Source: Alphaproteobacteria bacterium (GTDB taxonomy: Bacteria > Pseudomonadota > Alphaproteobacteria > UBA828). Taken from it: a DNA stretch of 64,000 nt. The notes beneath the pieces were generated by a model. The model had not been told where the DNA came from and did no database searches. It was given only the letters and a program-made list of their open reading frames with translations. Location of the stretch: contig CBDCQT010000003.1 in assembly GCA_965220745.1 (NCBI GenBank), positions 32,001-96,000 of the forward strand, in the 5' to 3' direction. Positions 61,687-64,000 of the stretch are shown one piece after another (position 1 is the stretch's first letter; each line of letters begins with the position of its first letter). A program made the translations under genes and the position numbers.

Positions 61687-62145
61687 ATGACGTTTGAGGA
61701 GAAGGTCGAGCGGCTCAGCGCGATCGAGGACATCAAGCAGCTCAAGGCGCGCTATTGCCAGCTCTGCGACGCCGGCTACGACCCCGACGGCATCGCGGCG
61801 ATGTTCGTGGAAGATGGCGTGTGGGACGGGGGCGAGAACTTCGGCTGCCATGTCGGGCGTGAGGCGATCCACGGCTTCTTCTCAGGCATCTCCAACGACA
61901 TCGTCTTCGCCGCACACCTCGTGCTCAACCCGATCATCACGGTGGATGGCGACAGCGCCAACGGCAAGTGGTGGCTGATCATGCCGTGCACCACCGAGCT
62001 CGGCGGGGGGCCGAAGGAGGCGCGCTGGCTGCTCGCGGAGTACGACGACGATTACGTCCGGGTCGACGGCACCTGGTACTACAAGCACCTGCGCATCGAC
62101 CTGAAGTTCTTCACCCCGCACAAGGACGGCTGGGTGGAGACCTGA
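61687..62145 (+). CDS. NTF2/SnoaL-like protein (BaiE/LinA/scytalone dehydratase-like)
   Basis: L.AIEDIKQLKARYC..CD, FVEDGVW, GREAI, AHLVLNP.I.VDGD.A.G.W, YDDDYVR.DG.W; GAGGAGG RBS. Confidence 0.85.
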   Translation: MTFEEKVERLSAIEDIKQLKARYCQLCDAGYDPDGIAAMFVEDGVWDGGENFGCHVGREAIHGFFSGISNDIVFAAHLVLNPIITVDGDSANGKWWLIMPCTTELGGGPKEARWLLAEYDDDYVRVDGTWYYKHLRIDLKFFTPHKDGWVET

Positions 62146-62159
62146 GCTCGCCTCTCCCA

Positions 62160-62250
62160 ACTTATTCATTCCCTCAGTCGCCGAGCGCTCGCTCCGTTCG
62201 ATCGTGCGCTCCGCGCGCGTGGACGCACGACGCTCCGCGCTTACGCGCGG
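62160..62250 (+). repeat. Modular intergenic repeat, partial copy C
   Basis: ACTTATTCATTCCCTCAGTCGCCGAGCGCTCGCTCCGTTCG resembles the 5' module of copies A and B; also carries the 22-mer shared with 2156-2177. Confidence 0.7.
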
Positions 62251-62353
62251 CGCCCCCTCCTCACCCTGGCCAGTTTCTGGGTTTTCATCCCATTTGCCCC
62301 CTGATTGAGAAGCAGGCCCTGATCCTGATGAGAAATCCGGGCTAAAAGGTCGC

Positions 62354-63247
62354 ATGGTCTCCCCGCAATCCGCGTCGGCCGCGCCGCTCCTCGGCGTCCT
62401 CTACATGTGCGTGGCCGCAGGCTTTGGGCTGCCGGGGCTGAACGCCCTCGTGAAGGCGCTCATAGCCGACTATCACATGGTGCAGATCATCTGGTTCCGC
62501 TGCGTCGTGCACCTGGGCTTCATGGTGGTGCTCTTCATGCCGGCGATGGGGCCGAGAGTCTTCGCGAGCCGCCGCCCGTGGCTGCAGTCGATCCGTTCTC
62601 TCACCCAGCTCGTTACCTTCACGCTGATCTGGGTGGCGCTCTTCTGGACGCCCATCACGACCGTCACCATGGTGCTCTTCACCGGCCCGCTGATGCTGGT
62701 GGCGCTCTCCGTGCCCTTCCTCGGCGAGCGGGTGGGGCCGCGCCGTTGGGCGGCGGTCGTCGTCGGCTTCGCCGGCGTGCTGATCGTCCTCCGTCCCGGC
62801 GCCGACGTGGTGCACTGGGGCGCGCTGCTGGTGCTCGGCGGCGCGTTCTTCTACGCCATCTATCAGATCCAGACCCGCAAGCTCGCGGGCTACGACGATC
62901 CGCGCACGACGGCGGTCTACACCATCCTCGCCGCCTTCATCGTGGCCACGGTCGCGGTGCCGTTCTTCTGGGAAATGCCGCGCAATACCGTGGACTGGCT
63001 GTTGTTCCTGTCGCTTGGCGTCGTCGGTGGGCTCGCCCACTATTTCATCATCAAGGCCTATCAGTACGCCGAGGCCTCGCTGGTCGGCCCCTTCGACTAC
63101 AGCCAGCTCGTGGGCGCCAGCATCTTCGGCTTCGCGTTTTTCGGCGAGGTTCCCGACCTGTGGACTTGGGTCGGCGCCGCCGTGATCATCGCGAGCGGAC
63201 TCTATATTGCCCACCGGGAAGCGCGCCTGAGGCGAACGGCCGTCTGA
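62354..63247 (+). CDS. DMT/EamA family transporter
   Basis: About 10 TM segments, LGERVGPRRWAAV..GF.G, AEASLVGPFDY.QL, FGEVP. Confidence 0.92.
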   Translation: MVSPQSASAAPLLGVLYMCVAAGFGLPGLNALVKALIADYHMVQIIWFRCVVHLGFMVVLFMPAMGPRVFASRRPWLQSIRSLTQLVTFTLIWVALFWTPITTVTMVLFTGPLMLVALSVPFLGERVGPRRWAAVVVGFAGVLIVLRPGADVVHWGALLVLGGAFFYAIYQIQTRKLAGYDDPRTTAVYTILAAFIVATVAVPFFWEMPRNTVDWLLFLSLGVVGGLAHYFIIKAYQYAEASLVGPFDYSQLVGASIFGFAFFGEVPDLWTWVGAAVIIASGLYIAHREARLRRTAV

Positions 63248-63300
63248 GCCCGCCAACGCCGGCTCTGGCCGGGCCACGGGCGATCCCATAGAACAAGTAG

Positions 63301-64000
63301 ATGACCGTCGCGCCCGCCCGCCTCGACGACTCGTTCCGGGGCATCCTGTTCATGTGTCTCACCGCGATCGTCCTTTTTCCGTTTCTCAACGCGTTGGTCA
63401 AGTATCTGCTCTCACACGATTATTCGATCGTGCAGATCATGTGGATGCGCTCGGTCATCCACATGGCGTGGATGCTCGCGCTGTTCCTGCCCCGTGGCGG
63501 CCTGCGTATCCTGCGCAGCAGCCGGCCCGGCCTGCAGCTCGTCCGCTCCTCGCTGCAGCTGGTGGCGCTGGTGCTCTACATCATCGCGCTCTCTCACGTG
63601 TCGCTCACCGCGATAACGATGGCCTTCTTCACGGCGCCGCTCATGGTGGTGGCGCTTTCGGTGCCCATGCTGGGGGAGCGGGTGGGGCCCCGGCGCTGGG
63701 CCGCCGTGGCGTTCGGCTTTGCCGGTGCGGCGGTGATCTTCCGCCCCGGCGGGGAGATCATTCACTGGTCGTTTCTGTTGGTGCTCGGCGCCGCCGCGGC
63801 TTACGCGGTCTTCCAGATACAGACCCGCCAGCTCGCGGGCCACGACGACTACCGCACCACCGCGATCTACACGATCATCGTGGCGCTGGTGGCGACCACC
63901 TGCGCCGGGCCGTTCTTCTGGACCTGGCCAACGGATCCGATCCACTGGGCGGTCTTCTTCGGCCTCGGCCTGTTCGGCGGCATCGGCCATTTCGGCGTCA
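63301..64000 (+). CDS. DMT/EamA family transporter, tandem paralog; 3'-truncated by window edge
   Basis: ATG 63301, MTVAPARLDDSFRGILFMCL...; LGERVGPRRWAAV and QIQTRQLAG parallel the upstream gene. Absent from the ORF track because no stop lies in the window. Confidence 0.85.
   Translation, partial: MTVAPARLDDSFRGILFMCLTAIVLFPFLNALVKYLLSHDYSIVQIMWMRSVIHMAWMLALFLPRGGLRILRSSRPGLQLVRSSLQLVALVLYIIALSHVSLTAITMAFFTAPLMVVALSVPMLGERVGPRRWAAVAFGFAGAAVIFRPGGEIIHWSFLLVLGAAAAYAVFQIQTRQLAGHDDYRTTAIYTIIVALVATTCAGPFFWTWPTDPIHWAVFFGLGLFGGIGHFGV

Noticed and set aside
62270-62345. Possible short IS-end remnant (CTGGGTTTTCATC ... GATGAGAAATCCGG)
   Set aside because: The inverted match is short and gapped, there is no target duplication, and no second copy is in the window.

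Overview
High-GC bacterial DNA; gene order and protein types point to an Alphaproteobacterium (inference). The backbone is housekeeping: yggS/thiE-like; trpD-trpC-moaC-moeA; ppiD divergent from tpiA-secG-pyrG-kdsA; thrB-rnhA; ior; pepF. Accessory blocks sit at several junctions. (1) The main candidate for an undescribed system is 11.9-22.1 kb: an UrtABCDE-type amide ABC transporter, small and large N,N-dimethylformamidase-like subunits, a Rieske-oxygenase-fold protein with rewired Fe-S ligands and no mononuclear-iron motif, a 101-aa unknown protein and a Sel1-repeat protein, preceded by a palindromic operator-like site. (2) A PARIS/OLD-like ABC-ATPase + TOPRIM pair lies between secG and pyrG. 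(3) A complete clade I nosRZDFYLX cluster has an FNR-type box. (4) A sulfotransferase is followed by a hidden cysD pseudogene, split by an intact IS3 (IS407-type) element and ending near an IS5-like MITE. (5) There are VapBC and HicBA-like toxin-antitoxin pairs. (6) A family of modular intergenic repeats occurs, two copies next to 10-bp phased arrays. No rRNA, tRNA or CRISPR array was seen. All calls come from motif recognition by eye; no searches were run.
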